Assembly (NCBI GenBank): GCA_050949565.1
Contig: JBMNFY010000008.1
Coordinates: 32,001-96,000 of the forward strand
Length of the DNA: 64,000 nucleotides
Direction: 5' to 3'
DNA from: Kiritimatiellia bacterium
Lineage (GTDB): Bacteria > Verrucomicrobiota > Kiritimatiellia > RFP12 > UBA1067
A program made the position numbers and the translations under genes. The notes beneath the pieces are model-generated. The model saw nothing but the letters and a program-made list of their open reading frames with translations. It was not told the DNA's origin and did not search any database. Of this stretch, positions 18,513 through 28,822 are shown one piece after another (position 1 is the stretch's first letter; each line of letters opens with the position of its first letter).

Positions 18513-21098
18513 ATGAACGTCTCAAACAGATTGCGGACACAGGGCTGGTTCTGGAGTATCGCGCTGATATGGGTCGCCGCCGCGTACGGCCGCGAACCGC
18601 TGTCGGTCAGGGTCGCGACAACTCCGGGCGGACCGCAGATCCATGTCAACGGAACTCCAGTGCCGCCGCGCTTTTTCTGGGGTTCCGAAAACAGCGGAAA
18701 CATCCGGGCCGATGCCGATTGGTCAACATGTCAGTTCGATCTCACACCGGAACGGGATGCGCCCGGCAACGCCACGCTCCACTTCCGTTTTGCCGACACA
18801 CCGGGAGAGGTCTGGATCAAGGAGTTGCGATTCATCGATACGGTGACCGGCGCTGACGTGCTGCCGAGCGGCAGTTTCGCATCGGAAGCCGCGTTCCAAC
18901 AGTGCTGGAGCGTCTGGCCCCAAGGTGCCGAGAACACGGTGGGAACGCTGGCCTTCACCGACAACGCACTGCACGTCACGCTACGCGCGCCTGCCGCCGG
19001 TACCGCGCGACCGGACTTTCACCTCTACAGCCGACACCTGACTTTCAGCAAGGCCCGCACCTACCGCTGCTCCTTTGCCGTGAAGGCCGCGCCGGCGCAA
19101 AGCGTACTGCCCTGCGTGTACCGTGTCGACAACGGGCACTACTCGCGCATCGGCGGGCCGCCCGGTTCGTTCTACACGCAAATCGCGCTGGCACGCGATG
19201 CCGGTGTCAACTTGGTTTCATTTTCGGCCCCGGCCTGCTGGGCACCGCCGGAGAAAACGCAAGACTGGTCGCCGCTCGATGCCCTCTGCCGCCGCATCAT
19301 CGCGGTCAACCCCAATGTCCTGCTGGTTCCCCGCGTCAGCGCCAACGCCCCCGACTGGTGGCTGAAACACCATCCCGACGCGCGCATGGTCTACGACGGC
19401 CAAACCCCGTACCCGATCTCATGCGTGTCGCACCGCGCTTACCGTGCCGCCGTCTGCGCGCATCTGGAGAAACTGACGCAACACTTGCGCGAAGCCTTCC
19501 CCGGCCATTTTGCAGGCGTGCATCCCTGCGGGCAAAACACCGGCGAATGGTTCTATTACGACTCTTGGGAACCGCCGCTCAGCGGCTACGACCCCGCGAC
19601 GCGCGACGCCTTCCGCGCCTGGCTCGCGGCGCGTGGCGTCCCGGATGCGGCAACAGCCGAACCGCCTGAACACCAAGCGCGGCGGGCGCACCCCCACGGC
19701 CTGTTGCGCGACCCCGCGCGTGAACGCCGCTTGATCGACTTCGCCTTGTTCCAGCAAGAGGAGATGGCCGACCATGTGCTGGCGCTCGCGGCGGCCTGTC
19801 GCCGTGGCTCCGGCGGACAGGCGCTGACACTCTTCTTTTACGGATACGGCTTTGAGTTCGGACCACTGGGCAACGGCGCGCCAACCAGCGGTCACTACGC
19901 GCTTGAAAAGGTGCTGCGCTGCGGTGCGGCAGACATCGACATCCTCTGCTCGCCAATCTCCTATACCGATCGCCGGTGGCTGGGTACCGCCCCAGTGATG
20001 AGCGCCGCCGAAAGCGTGACGCGCAGCGGAATCCTGTGGCTCAACGAGGACGACTCGCGCACGTACCTTGATCCGCGCAAACAAGAGCACGTCCAGGAGG
20101 GCGGACTGGTCAACCTACAGCAGACCCAACAGGTGATGCTGCGCAACACCGCGCAAGCCGCGCTGCGCGGCTTCGGTACCTGGTGGATGGACCTGCCCGG
20201 CCAAGGCTGGTTCAACGATGCCGCCATCTGGCGCGAGATGGTGCGACTGAGGCCGGTTGACGAGGCCATGTGCCGCAGGCCGCAACCGTTCACGCCGGAA
20301 ATCGCCGCCATCATCGACGAGACCAGCATGTGCCACCTGACCGGCGGATCAGCGACGGCGGCGCAACCGCTCATCTACGAAGGACGCGCCGCGCTCGGTC
20401 GCTGCGGTGCGCCTTACGGCCAGTATCTGCTGGCGGACGCACTCGCCGGGAAAGTGTCGGCGCGCCTGCTGTTTTATTTGTCAGCCTGGCATCTGGACGA
20501 CGCGCAGCGTAAGACGTTCGCGGCGCAGCGGCGCGATGCAGGCGCGACCGTGCGCGTTTGGTGCTGGGCACCGGGCTATCTCCGACCGGATCGTGCCGAT
20601 CTCGGCGGCATCGCGGACGTGACCGGCTTCAAGGCGCGTCCGGCGGATGTGGAGACGGCTCAGGCGACACCCACCGCGCGCGGGCGGCAACACGGCCTGA
20701 CGCAGGCATGGGGACCGGTCGCCAAGGTGAGGCCGCTGTTCACGGTCGAGGCCGCAGACGACGAGGTCTGGGCCACGTACACCGACGGCTCGCCCGCCGT
20801 GGCGATACGCCGCGCCGCTCAGGGTCACGACGTGTTTGTCGGCGTCCCGCAACTCACGCCCGAACTGGTGCACGCGCTTGCGCGGCTGGCGGGTGTCCAC
20901 TGCTACACCGCGCCGGGGCCCGCGCTGTGGGCCGCGAACGGTCATCTCTCCATACAGGCCCACACCGACGGCGCGGTACGCATCGACACCGGGCGGCAGA
21001 ACCGCGTCACCGATGCCCTGGACGGTACCGAACTCGGCAATGGCCCAGTCATCACGCTCCACATGCAACCGGGTGAAGTCCGCGTGTTGCACGATTGA
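18513..21098 (+). CDS. Secreted beta-galactosidase-like (GH42/clan A) glycoside hydrolase
   Basis: Signal peptide; CGQNTGEWFY, LCSPISY, EDDSRT, WWMDL..GWFND; trimerisation-like C-terminus. Confidence 0.65.
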   Translation: MNVSNRLRTQGWFWSIALIWVAAAYGREPLSVRVATTPGGPQIHVNGTPVPPRFFWGSENSGNIRADADWSTCQFDLTPERDAPGNATLHFRFADTPGEVWIKELRFIDTVTGADVLPSGSFASEAAFQQCWSVWPQGAENTVGTLAFTDNALHVTLRAPAAGTARPDFHLYSRHLTFSKARTYRCSFAVKAAPAQSVLPCVYRVDNGHYSRIGGPPGSFYTQIALARDAGVNLVSFSAPACWAPPEKTQDWSPLDALCRRIIAVNPNVLLVPRVSANAPDWWLKHHPDARMVYDGQTPYPISCVSHRAYRAAVCAHLEKLTQHLREAFPGHFAGVHPCGQNTGEWFYYDSWEPPLSGYDPATRDAFRAWLAARGVPDAATAEPPEHQARRAHPHGLLRDPARERRLIDFALFQQEEMADHVLALAAACRRGSGGQALTLFFYGYGFEFGPLGNGAPTSGHYALEKVLRCGAADIDILCSPISYTDRRWLGTAPVMSAAESVTRSGILWLNEDDSRTYLDPRKQEHVQEGGLVNLQQTQQVMLRNTAQAALRGFGTWWMDLPGQGWFNDAAIWREMVRLRPVDEAMCRRPQPFTPEIAAIIDETSMCHLTGGSATAAQPLIYEGRAALGRCGAPYGQYLLADALAGKVSARLLFYLSAWHLDDAQRKTFAAQRRDAGATVRVWCWAPGYLRPDRADLGGIADVTGFKARPADVETAQATPTARGRQHGLTQAWGPVAKVRPLFTVEAADDEVWATYTDGSPAVAIRRAAQGHDVFVGVPQLTPELVHALARLAGVHCYTAPGPALWAANGHLSIQAHTDGAVRIDTGRQNRVTDALDGTELGNGPVITLHMQPGEVRVLHD

Positions 21099-22536
21099 TG
21101 AAGAAGTTCACAGGTAAACCGAGGTTTGCGATGAATATGACGTCTAACATGACAAGGCTGATCATAGGATGCCTCATGGTGTCCGCTTGGACTAGCCTTG
21201 CCGTTGACCCGTGCGATTTGCTCGGGAAGCCGTTCACGTTGGAAACGGCTGTGTCGCTCTGGCCCTCCAACAGCGTCATAAAGGTACAGAGCAGATCATT
21301 TAGCATTGAACCCGTGAATATACTAAACCCCATATGGAAGCAGGAAGCGTATCTCGTTGACCGGCCGGAAGTAGACGACGACGCTGTCTGGTACCAAAAA
21401 CCAGTCATTAAGTATGACGTGTCAAAGAGCCCGACGAACACAGCCGGAATCTTAATGAAGGTCCATGTGTATACACACGACACGAATCAGCCACCTGTTC
21501 ACAGCCTTCTCTCGAAGTATCGGATAACAACCCCATCGCTGACCAATGAGGCTCTTGCAAAACCCCTCGTGGCATGGGCGTCCCGCCCATGAGGCAAACA
21601 CGGGCAAGATGCCCGTGCCACGCCCCTTGTGACATGGGCGTCTCGCCCATGAAAGAGCAACAAGGTTTTGCAAGAGCCTCCAATATGTGCGTGCGTTTCC
21701 CGAATCAGGCATGGACAGGGATTGACGAGGTCACTTTTCACGAGGACAGAACGATTGGAATAAGTAACTTGCCGCCAGTCAGGGTCTCGTATTGCTTTAA
21801 GGATGGCTGGTTGGACCGGGTTTCTATTGCATTACCGTCAAATGCACCTGATTTCCGTCGTAACGTGGCGGTGAAAACATATGACTCATCTGAATCAATC
21901 ATCGACCTACCGTTCCTAATGCGTCCGTCCATTCATGTTTTAGGGGAGTACGATATAGAGTGGTCTGAATATGTAAAAAACTCTCGCTTGGAAAAAGTGA
22001 AGTTGAAAGTGAAGGAGTTGAAAGAGAGTGACAGAGCGAAAGTGGGAGAAAAAACATTTGGTTATTTGAAGGAACTAGGCGTTTATCCGGTCGTGTACAT
22101 TTATGACCCTCGCTCGCGACCTCCAGAAAGCGACGGATTTTATGCTTCTTCCACAATGGGCATTGTCGTTGAAACAGCAGTCTCATGCCCATTTGGGCTA
22201 GAATTCGAAAGCATCCTGTATATATTCGTCAATTTTAAAAAAATGGGAAAGGACATCAAGATACGGATCGCCAAAGACCGATTCCTTCCGAAAACGGAGG
22301 CGGAATGCAAGAAAAGCCTAAAGATCAATTTTGAATCGCGCCGATATGATGGGGAATACAAAATATGGTTATGCAATAATAGGATAACGCTCCTTATTGA
22401 CAAAAACGGGGATGTGTGCATGGTGGGGGTGGATTATTTTCGTACAGACTCTATAAGCGAACCGACTGCACGGTATTTCATACGGCGTATGATACGGTAT
22501 CATGAGGCTCAATCACTCATGGATCTTTATGACTAG
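21095..22536 (+). pseudogene. Low-GC secreted hypothetical gene split by a MITE
   Basis: Removing 21548-21680 plus one CAAT copy (137 bp) joins ORFs 21095 and 21574 in frame (..SLTN|MCVRF..). Confidence 0.7.
21548..21680. mobile_element. 133-bp MITE carrying REP palindromes
   Basis: Perfect 17-bp TIRs GAGGCTCTTGCAAAACC / GGTTTTGCAAGAGCCTC; 4-bp TSD CAAT. Confidence 0.88.
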
Positions 22537-22593
22537 TGGCGAGAAACTGCGGTGGTATGAGGCTGAATCAATTTTACGGTAGACCCAAATAGT

Positions 22594-23046
22594 ATGAACC
22601 GATCTTTATTCATCACAGCAACGCTGTTGGTTATCTTGGGTTGTTCGCCAAAAACAGGTACGGTATCTGTGGAAGATGCGGAGTTTCTGAGTTTTGCCTG
22701 GTGGTGTAACGGCGGTGAAGAGAAAAGCCGGATCATTTACGAAATCGAGACGTCGCCCAAGGCGACCTACCGCAATACCGTGATAAACTCTTCTATGCTC
22801 ACCCACGAAGAAAAGAAGATTATCGCCGATACCATCTCACCTGACGCTTACACGCACGCAACGCTTAAAAAAGCGGAATACCAGAACGCTCAGTTTCTAG
22901 TCATTGACCAATTCAATCCGCTACGCATTGTGGGGAAAGACAGCGAGGGCAGGGAGATCATCGAGGGTGGATCAGGCACCTTGGAGTTGATTCCCCTAGG
23001 CGCCACCGGCGTGATTCAACGCTGCGTTACGTACTACGACTGGTGA
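22594..23046 (+). CDS. Hypothetical lipoprotein
   Basis: Lipobox LVILGC; low-GC segment. Confidence 0.65.
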   Translation: MNRSLFITATLLVILGCSPKTGTVSVEDAEFLSFAWWCNGGEEKSRIIYEIETSPKATYRNTVINSSMLTHEEKKIIADTISPDAYTHATLKKAEYQNAQFLVIDQFNPLRIVGKDSEGREIIEGGSGTLELIPLGATGVIQRCVTYYDW

Positions 23047-23171
23047 TCGAGCACACGACGGGTTAGGGTTGTGAGCGGCAGTTCGTGCGGCGTTGCGAAG
23101 CGTGCGCCCGACAGATGCGGACCGGTCACGGGGATACTGCTGAGCCCGACCGCCTCGAAGAGGTGCCATAC
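23047..23171 (-). repeat. Diverged duplicate of the mutY 3' end
   Basis: 125 bp aligning with 23613-23737, 11 mismatches by eye. Confidence 0.9.
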
Positions 23172-23357
23172 TCAATCTTCTCCCGTCACCAAACGTGAAA
23201 TTATCCTTTTGGCAAGAATCTCGTTAATCTCGCGATGGCGGGGCAAAGGTTCGGAGTGTCCGGTGATCGGGTTATGGTAGATGTCGTGACGGCTCCCGCG
23301 CCGGAGCAGGACGCACCCCGCATCCTCTATTTGCTTCACGAGGATGCGTCGCTTCAT
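23172..23357 (-). CDS. hicA: HicA-family toxin
   Basis: GCVLLRRGSRHDIYHNP..PLPRHREI. Confidence 0.88.
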   Translation of the reverse strand: MKRRILVKQIEDAGCVLLRRGSRHDIYHNPITGHSEPLPRHREINEILAKRIISRLVTGED

Positions 23358-23545
23358 GCGTACTCCAACTCTGCCACCTTTCGTATTCCGGGAATTTCAT
23401 CAGCATTGAAGATATCGAGAAGATCGCGTAGGCTGGCCTTCAAGTCGTCGAAATCCTCGCCTTGTGTCCAATGGTCTGGATAGTCGTTCAGGTAACCAAG
23501 ATAACGCCCATCCGACTCTTTCCAATATGTGAAGAGGGTCTTCAT
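23354..23545 (-). CDS. hicB: Short HicB-family antitoxin
   Basis: YLGYLNDYPDHWTQGEDFDDLKASL; TTGTCA-17-GATTTT 6 nt before the ATG suggests a leaderless transcript. Confidence 0.82.
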   Translation of the reverse strand: MKTLFTYWKESDGRYLGYLNDYPDHWTQGEDFDDLKASLRDLLDIFNADEIPGIRKVAELEYA

Positions 23546-23599
23546 GTTGGTAAAATCTCATTTCCCGACGGCTTTGACAAGAATGAATGGCGAATAATC

Positions 23600-24646
23600 C
23601 TAAGAGGAGCGGTCGAGCACACGACGGGTTAGGGTTGTGAGCGGCAGTTCCTGCGGCGTTGCGAAACGTGCGCCCGACGGACGCGGATCGGCCGTGGGGA
23701 TACCGCTGAGCCCGACTGCCTCGAAGAGGTGCCACACCTGTTTGAAGTGTGTGAAGGTGTGGGTGAAGCATCCCCGCGCTTCGATGCGCGTAACACGCAT
23801 CCCGGTCGCCGTGCGCAATACACGCGCCGCATCACGCGCGGTCGGCGTCCCGCCGGATGCGCCGTTCGGCAGTTCCCACAATCCGCCCAGCAGACCATCG
23901 GGCGCACGCTGTGTGAGCAACACACGTCCGGCTGCATCGCGCACCAGCACCGCCACCGCAGTACGCGTCGGCAGGGTTTTACGGGGCGGGCGCGTCGGCA
24001 GCGCGGCCTGGCGTCCTTCGCGGCGCGCCACGCAATCATCGCGCAATGGACACGCATCACAGCACGGTGAACGCGGCGTGCAGCATGTGGCTCCCAGATC
24101 CATCATCGCCTGATTGAAATCGCCGGGGCGTCCGGACGCCACGATCCACGGCTGCAGCCACTCCGCCAGCCGCGCACGCGCCGCTGGCTTACGGAAGTCG
24201 TCATCCCATCCCAGATAACGTGCGAAGACGCGGAGCACGTTGCCGTCCACCACCGGTGCCGGAATGCCGAAGCAGATGCTGGCGATGGCTGCGGCTGTGT
24301 AAGGCCCCACGCCGGGCAGCGCGGCCCAGCCCGCGACATCGCGCGGCAATTCGCCGCCCGACGCCACAATCTGCTGCGCCGCCCGCTGGAGATTGCGGGC
24401 GCGTGTGTAGTAGCCGAGTCCCTCCCACAGCTTGAGCACCTGCTGCTGCGGCGCGGCGGCCAATGCCGCCACCGTGGGAAAGGCCTGCATGAAGCGCGTG
24501 AAATAACCGCGGACGGTCTCGACCTGCGTCTGCTGCAACATAATCTCGCTGACCCAGACGGCATACGGATCGGGATGGTCACGCCACGGCATCTCGCGCC
24601 GGTTTGCGTCGTACCAGTTCAACAGGCGACGGTGGGTGGGAGTCAT
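23600..24646 (-). CDS. mutY: A/G-specific adenine glycosylase
   Basis: WVSEIMLQQTQV, WEGLGYYTRARNL, LPGVGPYTA, VDGNV, C-x6-C-x2-C-x5-C, GLLGGLWE. Confidence 0.95.
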   Translation of the reverse strand: MTPTHRRLLNWYDANRREMPWRDHPDPYAVWVSEIMLQQTQVETVRGYFTRFMQAFPTVAALAAAPQQQVLKLWEGLGYYTRARNLQRAAQQIVASGGELPRDVAGWAALPGVGPYTAAAIASICFGIPAPVVDGNVLRVFARYLGWDDDFRKPAARARLAEWLQPWIVASGRPGDFNQAMMDLGATCCTPRSPCCDACPLRDDCVARREGRQAALPTRPPRKTLPTRTAVAVLVRDAAGRVLLTQRAPDGLLGGLWELPNGASGGTPTARDAARVLRTATGMRVTRIEARGCFTHTFTHFKQVWHLFEAVGLSGIPTADPRPSGARFATPQELPLTTLTRRVLDRSS

Positions 24647-24655
24647 ACCCGCTGG

Positions 24656-26836
24656 CTACCGGATGAACAGCAGCTCTTGATAGGTCGGCAGCGGCCAGAG
24701 CGTGTCATCGACCAGCCCCTCCAGTGCGTCGGCCAACTCGCGCACGCGCTCCATGGCCGGCATCACTTTCTCGCGCATGTAGCGCGCATGGCCAGCCTTG
24801 CAGGCGTGATGCGTTTCCGCCTCACGCGAGATCTCGGCCAGTTGGTTGAGTTCTTCCTGCAGGCTGACGGTCAGACGGCTGACCTCGGCCAGCGTTGAGG
24901 TGTCAACCGGCAGATCAAGCTGGCGCAGCTTCAGCGCGGTGTCGGCAAGGCTTCCCTGCGCCTGACTGACGGCCGGCAGGATCAGGGTGCGGCCGATCTC
25001 TTGCGTCAGACGCGCCTCGACCGTGATATCCTTGATGTAGCGCTCCAGACTGATCTCGTAACGGGCGCGCAACTCGCGTTCGGACAAAACCCCCTGCCGC
25101 GCCATGGTCGCGATGGTTTCCGGCGCCACATACTGCGCCAGCGCATCAACTGCCGAGGGAATGTTTTGCAAACCGCGCCGCGCCGCTTCCTCGTGCCAGG
25201 CGGCGGTGTAGTTGTCGCCGTTAAACACGATCTTGCCGTGCGCGTCCCACACCTCTTTGACCACGGCCTGCACCGCCGCGTTGAGACGTTCGGGGTCGCC
25301 GTTGACGCGCGTCTCCAACTCCGTGGCCAGAAAATCGAGCGAGTCCGCCACGATCGCGTTCAACACCATGAGCGGACCGGAGACCGATTGGCTGGCGCCG
25401 ACGGCGCGGAACTCAAACTTTCCTTCGGTGAAGGCAAAGGGGCTGGTGCGATTGCGGTCGCTCTTCTCTGTCATCAACGGGGGCAGGCTGTTCACGCCGA
25501 GCGCCAGCGCCTTCTTGCCGCGGTGCAGCACATGCGACGTACTGGCCGCGACCCGCTCGAACAGCTCGGTCAGATGATCGCCCAGGAAGATCGAGATGAT
25601 CGCCGGCGGCGCTTCGCACGCGCCGAGTCGGTGGTCGTTGCCTGCGTGCGCGACCGACGCACGCAGCAGCGGGCCGTGGAGCGAGACCGCCCGGATCACG
25701 GCCGCGCAGAACACCAGAAAGCGCGCGTTGGCCTCCGGCGTCTCGCCGGGATTGAGCAGGTTGGCGGTCGCGGTGTTGAGCGACCAGTTGACATGCTTGC
25801 CGGACCCGTTCACGTCGGCAAAAGGCTTTTCGTGCAGCAAACAGACGAAGCCATGCTTGGCGGCCGTGCGTTGCAGAATCGCCATCACAAGATGCTGGTG
25901 GTCTGCGGCGATGTTGGCCTGCTCGAAGATCGGCGCGATTTCGAACTGTCCCGGCGCGACTTCGTTGTGGCGCGTCTTGATCGGCACCCCAAGGCGGATG
26001 AGATCTTGCTCGCATTCGATCATGTAGGCCAGCACGCGCTCATGGATCGCGCCGTAATACTGATCTTCCAGTTCCTGACCTTTGGGCGGCTTGGCACCGA
26101 ACAGAGTGCGCCCCGCGCTGATCAGGTCCGGACGCAGCAGAAAAAGCCGCCGGTCGATCAGGAAATACTCCTGTTCGCAACCCGCGTTGGCGTCCACCTT
26201 CTGTTCAGGTTCGCCGAACAGCGTCAGGATGCGCCGCGCGTGGCGGTCGACCGCCTGCATCGAGCGCAAGAGCGGCGTCTTCTTGTCGAGCGCGTCGCCG
26301 TTCGAGGCGCAAAACGCACAGGGGATAAAGAGCGTGCGACCGCCGGCCGCTTCGAGAATGTAGGCGGGGCTGGTCACATCCCATGCCGTGTAGCCGCGCG
26401 CCTCAAAGGTCGCGCGCAGTCCGCCAGAGGGCAGGCTGGAGCCGTCGGCCTCGCCGCTGACAAGCTGTTTGGCCGAGAACTTGGCAATGGCGCCGCCGTG
26501 TCCGTCGGGCTCCAGGAAGCTGTCGTGCTTTTCTGCGGTCAAACCGGTGAGCGGATAAAAGACATGGGCGTAGTGGGTGGCGCCGTTTTCAATCGCCCAG
26601 TCGCGCATGGCCTCGGCCACCGTCCCTGCGACCGACACATCGAGCCGCTCGCCGAGATCGATCGTGCGCCGCACCTTGAGGTAGACCGATTCCGGCAGAC
26701 GTTGCCGCATCACATCGTCGTTAAAGACACAACTGCCGAATGCCTGCTGTGCGGCGCGAAAGGCACCGATCTCCGCGTGCGCGAAGCGCGACGGAACAGC
26801 GGCGATTGACTGGATAGCGGCATATCGAGTATTCAT
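24656..26836 (-). CDS. glnA: Glutamine synthetase type III
   Basis: [66 protein letters not shown]. Confidence 0.93.
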   Translation of the reverse strand: MNTRYAAIQSIAAVPSRFAHAEIGAFRAAQQAFGSCVFNDDVMRQRLPESVYLKVRRTIDLGERLDVSVAGTVAEAMRDWAIENGATHYAHVFYPLTGLTAEKHDSFLEPDGHGGAIAKFSAKQLVSGEADGSSLPSGGLRATFEARGYTAWDVTSPAYILEAAGGRTLFIPCAFCASNGDALDKKTPLLRSMQAVDRHARRILTLFGEPEQKVDANAGCEQEYFLIDRRLFLLRPDLISAGRTLFGAKPPKGQELEDQYYGAIHERVLAYMIECEQDLIRLGVPIKTRHNEVAPGQFEIAPIFEQANIAADHQHLVMAILQRTAAKHGFVCLLHEKPFADVNGSGKHVNWSLNTATANLLNPGETPEANARFLVFCAAVIRAVSLHGPLLRASVAHAGNDHRLGACEAPPAIISIFLGDHLTELFERVAASTSHVLHRGKKALALGVNSLPPLMTEKSDRNRTSPFAFTEGKFEFRAVGASQSVSGPLMVLNAIVADSLDFLATELETRVNGDPERLNAAVQAVVKEVWDAHGKIVFNGDNYTAAWHEEAARRGLQNIPSAVDALAQYVAPETIATMARQGVLSERELRARYEISLERYIKDITVEARLTQEIGRTLILPAVSQAQGSLADTALKLRQLDLPVDTSTLAEVSRLTVSLQEELNQLAEISREAETHHACKAGHARYMREKVMPAMERVRELADALEGLVDDTLWPLPTYQELLFIR

Positions 26837-26857
26837 CACGTCAGACGGTCTCCCGGA

Positions 26858-27367
26858 TCAGGCCTGTCGCGGCTGGCGCAAATCCAGCGCCATCGCGATT
26901 TCAGGACAAGTGAAAGGGTTGGCGTGTTTGGTGCAGTTGATGCACCCCATGTAAAGTTTGTGCATGACCTGAGTCTTGGGAATGATCTTGAAACCGAGGG
27001 TCTCGAAAAACTTCGGCGCAAAGGTCAATACGATCGCCTGCGCAGGCTCGAAGCGCCGCACCTCATTCAGGATACGCGTGACGATTTGCGTGCCGACGTG
27101 CGTGCGGCGGTAGGCCTGCAACACCGCGACCGACTGGATTTCAACCGCGGCACGTTCCGGCTCGCCGATCTCCGGCAGGATCTTCCAAGCGGCGCACCCC
27201 ACTACGTTCCCGTCGATCTCACAAACTACGAACCGGTCAATGTTCTGGACAATATCACCGATCGGTCGCGAGATCAGGTCATCCTGGTGACTGCGGATCA
27301 GTTCAAAAATCTGTACCGCGTCGCGAAGGACAGCGGCCCGGATCAGATGGGTTTTCTGTGTTTCCAT
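26858..27367 (-). CDS. GNAT acetyltransferase, ArgA-like short form
   Basis: VVGCAAW, EIQSVAV, LTFAPKFFETLGF, CINC..CPEIAM. Confidence 0.75.
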   Translation of the reverse strand: METQKTHLIRAAVLRDAVQIFELIRSHQDDLISRPIGDIVQNIDRFVVCEIDGNVVGCAAWKILPEIGEPERAAVEIQSVAVLQAYRRTHVGTQIVTRILNEVRRFEPAQAIVLTFAPKFFETLGFKIIPKTQVMHKLYMGCINCTKHANPFTCPEIAMALDLRQPRQA

Positions 27368-27578
27368 GAATGGCCTCTACGATACCCTTTCAGTCCACTC
27401 CGCCTCAAGCAGAAACACGAAGGCGCGAAGGTTGTTTGGGGGCAGGGTTGGCCGCAAATCACACGTCACGAGTCGCGAGTCAACATCTCTTATTGCGACC
27501 ACGCAGTGGCTCGCAATGATGAGTGTAAAAGTGGCGGCCCCACAAATCTCCCGCAGTTTCTCCACCGAGCAGTGCCTT

Positions 27579-28637
27579 TCATGGTTCAGCGCGGGACGAA
27601 TACAGAGAACGGGCCGCGGCAATTTGATCAACCTGTTCTTCGTGCAGTTTCTCGAACTGCGGCAACGTCTTAACCCACGGTGCGGCGAGGAACCCCTGGA
27701 TGTTATCCGGTGCGCATGTTTTTTTGATGAACTTCGCCGTTGCGGCCATGTTTTCCGGCGTTGACCAGTTCGATCCCGTCGGCACCTGATCGAACCCCGC
27801 CTCGTCCAGCCATACGTAGGCGTTGCCATACGCCTTACGGTTTTGGGGCTTGTCGAGGTCAATCTCGCTGAGTCCGTAGTACCAGTTCGATTGGAGAACG
27901 CTTTTCGGCATGCGCTTCAGGAATTCGTCCTTCGCGTGCCAAATCTTGTCGCTCCAGCACCAAGCGCGAACGCCGCGTTTCTCGACCTCTTTCACGATGA
28001 AGAGGAAATCATGCCACCACAGGTCGCCCTGGCGGACGATGGCGATGGAATGACTCTGCTGGTGCTTGGCGGTCTCTTCGTCGAATCCGATATGGAAATA
28101 GCGCGGCGTATCGAAAGTCTCAATCACGTCCGCGATCACATCCGCGCAGACCTGATAATATTTCGGCGTCGAGACCATCTTGTGATAATCCTTGAGCCAG
28201 ATGTCGTGCGTCGTGGAGAAATTGAGCTTGGGGATCGGCTCCAGCCCCTTAGTGCGCAACTGTTCCAACTTTCGTCGGAAACGCTCGACGCTCCACGTTC
28301 CCTTCACCGCCAGTTCCGGGTGGCTGGGATAGTACAACGCCTCTTCCAGATCGATGACAATGGTATTGAGCCCTTTCGCCACCATGCGGTCGGTGATGCG
28401 GTCGAAAACGCCTTCGTCGAAGCGCACATGATCCGCCGCCGTCATCAGCTTGATGTCATCGCCCTGATACTTCCCCCACTTCTCGACAGGAATGTCGCTC
28501 TGGATATTCACGCCGAAGTGCAGCAAGATGGCCCACATGAATTCCGGTTGCGGCCGCACTGCCGCCGATTGGAACGTAGAACACCCTGCGGCCGCAGCCA
28601 GACCGGTTCCGATAAACGCTCGTCTTGTCACGTCCAT
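27579..28637 (-). CDS. Tat-exported TIM-barrel protein (GH20-like)
   Basis: TRRAFI Tat signal; YPSHPELA, FHIGFDEE, WSD. Confidence 0.65.
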   Translation of the reverse strand: MDVTRRAFIGTGLAAAAGCSTFQSAAVRPQPEFMWAILLHFGVNIQSDIPVEKWGKYQGDDIKLMTAADHVRFDEGVFDRITDRMVAKGLNTIVIDLEEALYYPSHPELAVKGTWSVERFRRKLEQLRTKGLEPIPKLNFSTTHDIWLKDYHKMVSTPKYYQVCADVIADVIETFDTPRYFHIGFDEETAKHQQSHSIAIVRQGDLWWHDFLFIVKEVEKRGVRAWCWSDKIWHAKDEFLKRMPKSVLQSNWYYGLSEIDLDKPQNRKAYGNAYVWLDEAGFDQVPTGSNWSTPENMAATAKFIKKTCAPDNIQGFLAAPWVKTLPQFEKLHEEQVDQIAAARSLYSSRAEP

Positions 28638-28822
28638 TTTACTCCCTTTCTTTTCGAGAAACCTTCTCCGCACGAAGATTGTCAAAAAGCTTGCTCCTGA
28701 TCCTCAAACGCGCAGGCATTGTATAACAAATCGTATGGTTTGAATACGCTTGAATTAGGGACGGGGGGTGTAGTAAGGTTGGCACCCATCACGACCTGAT
28801 ACCACACGTCTACTGACCACTT

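Noticed and set aside
25001-26809. 602-aa ORF opposite glutamine synthetase III (similar ones at 33176 and 59635)
   Set aside because: Antisense shadow without motifs
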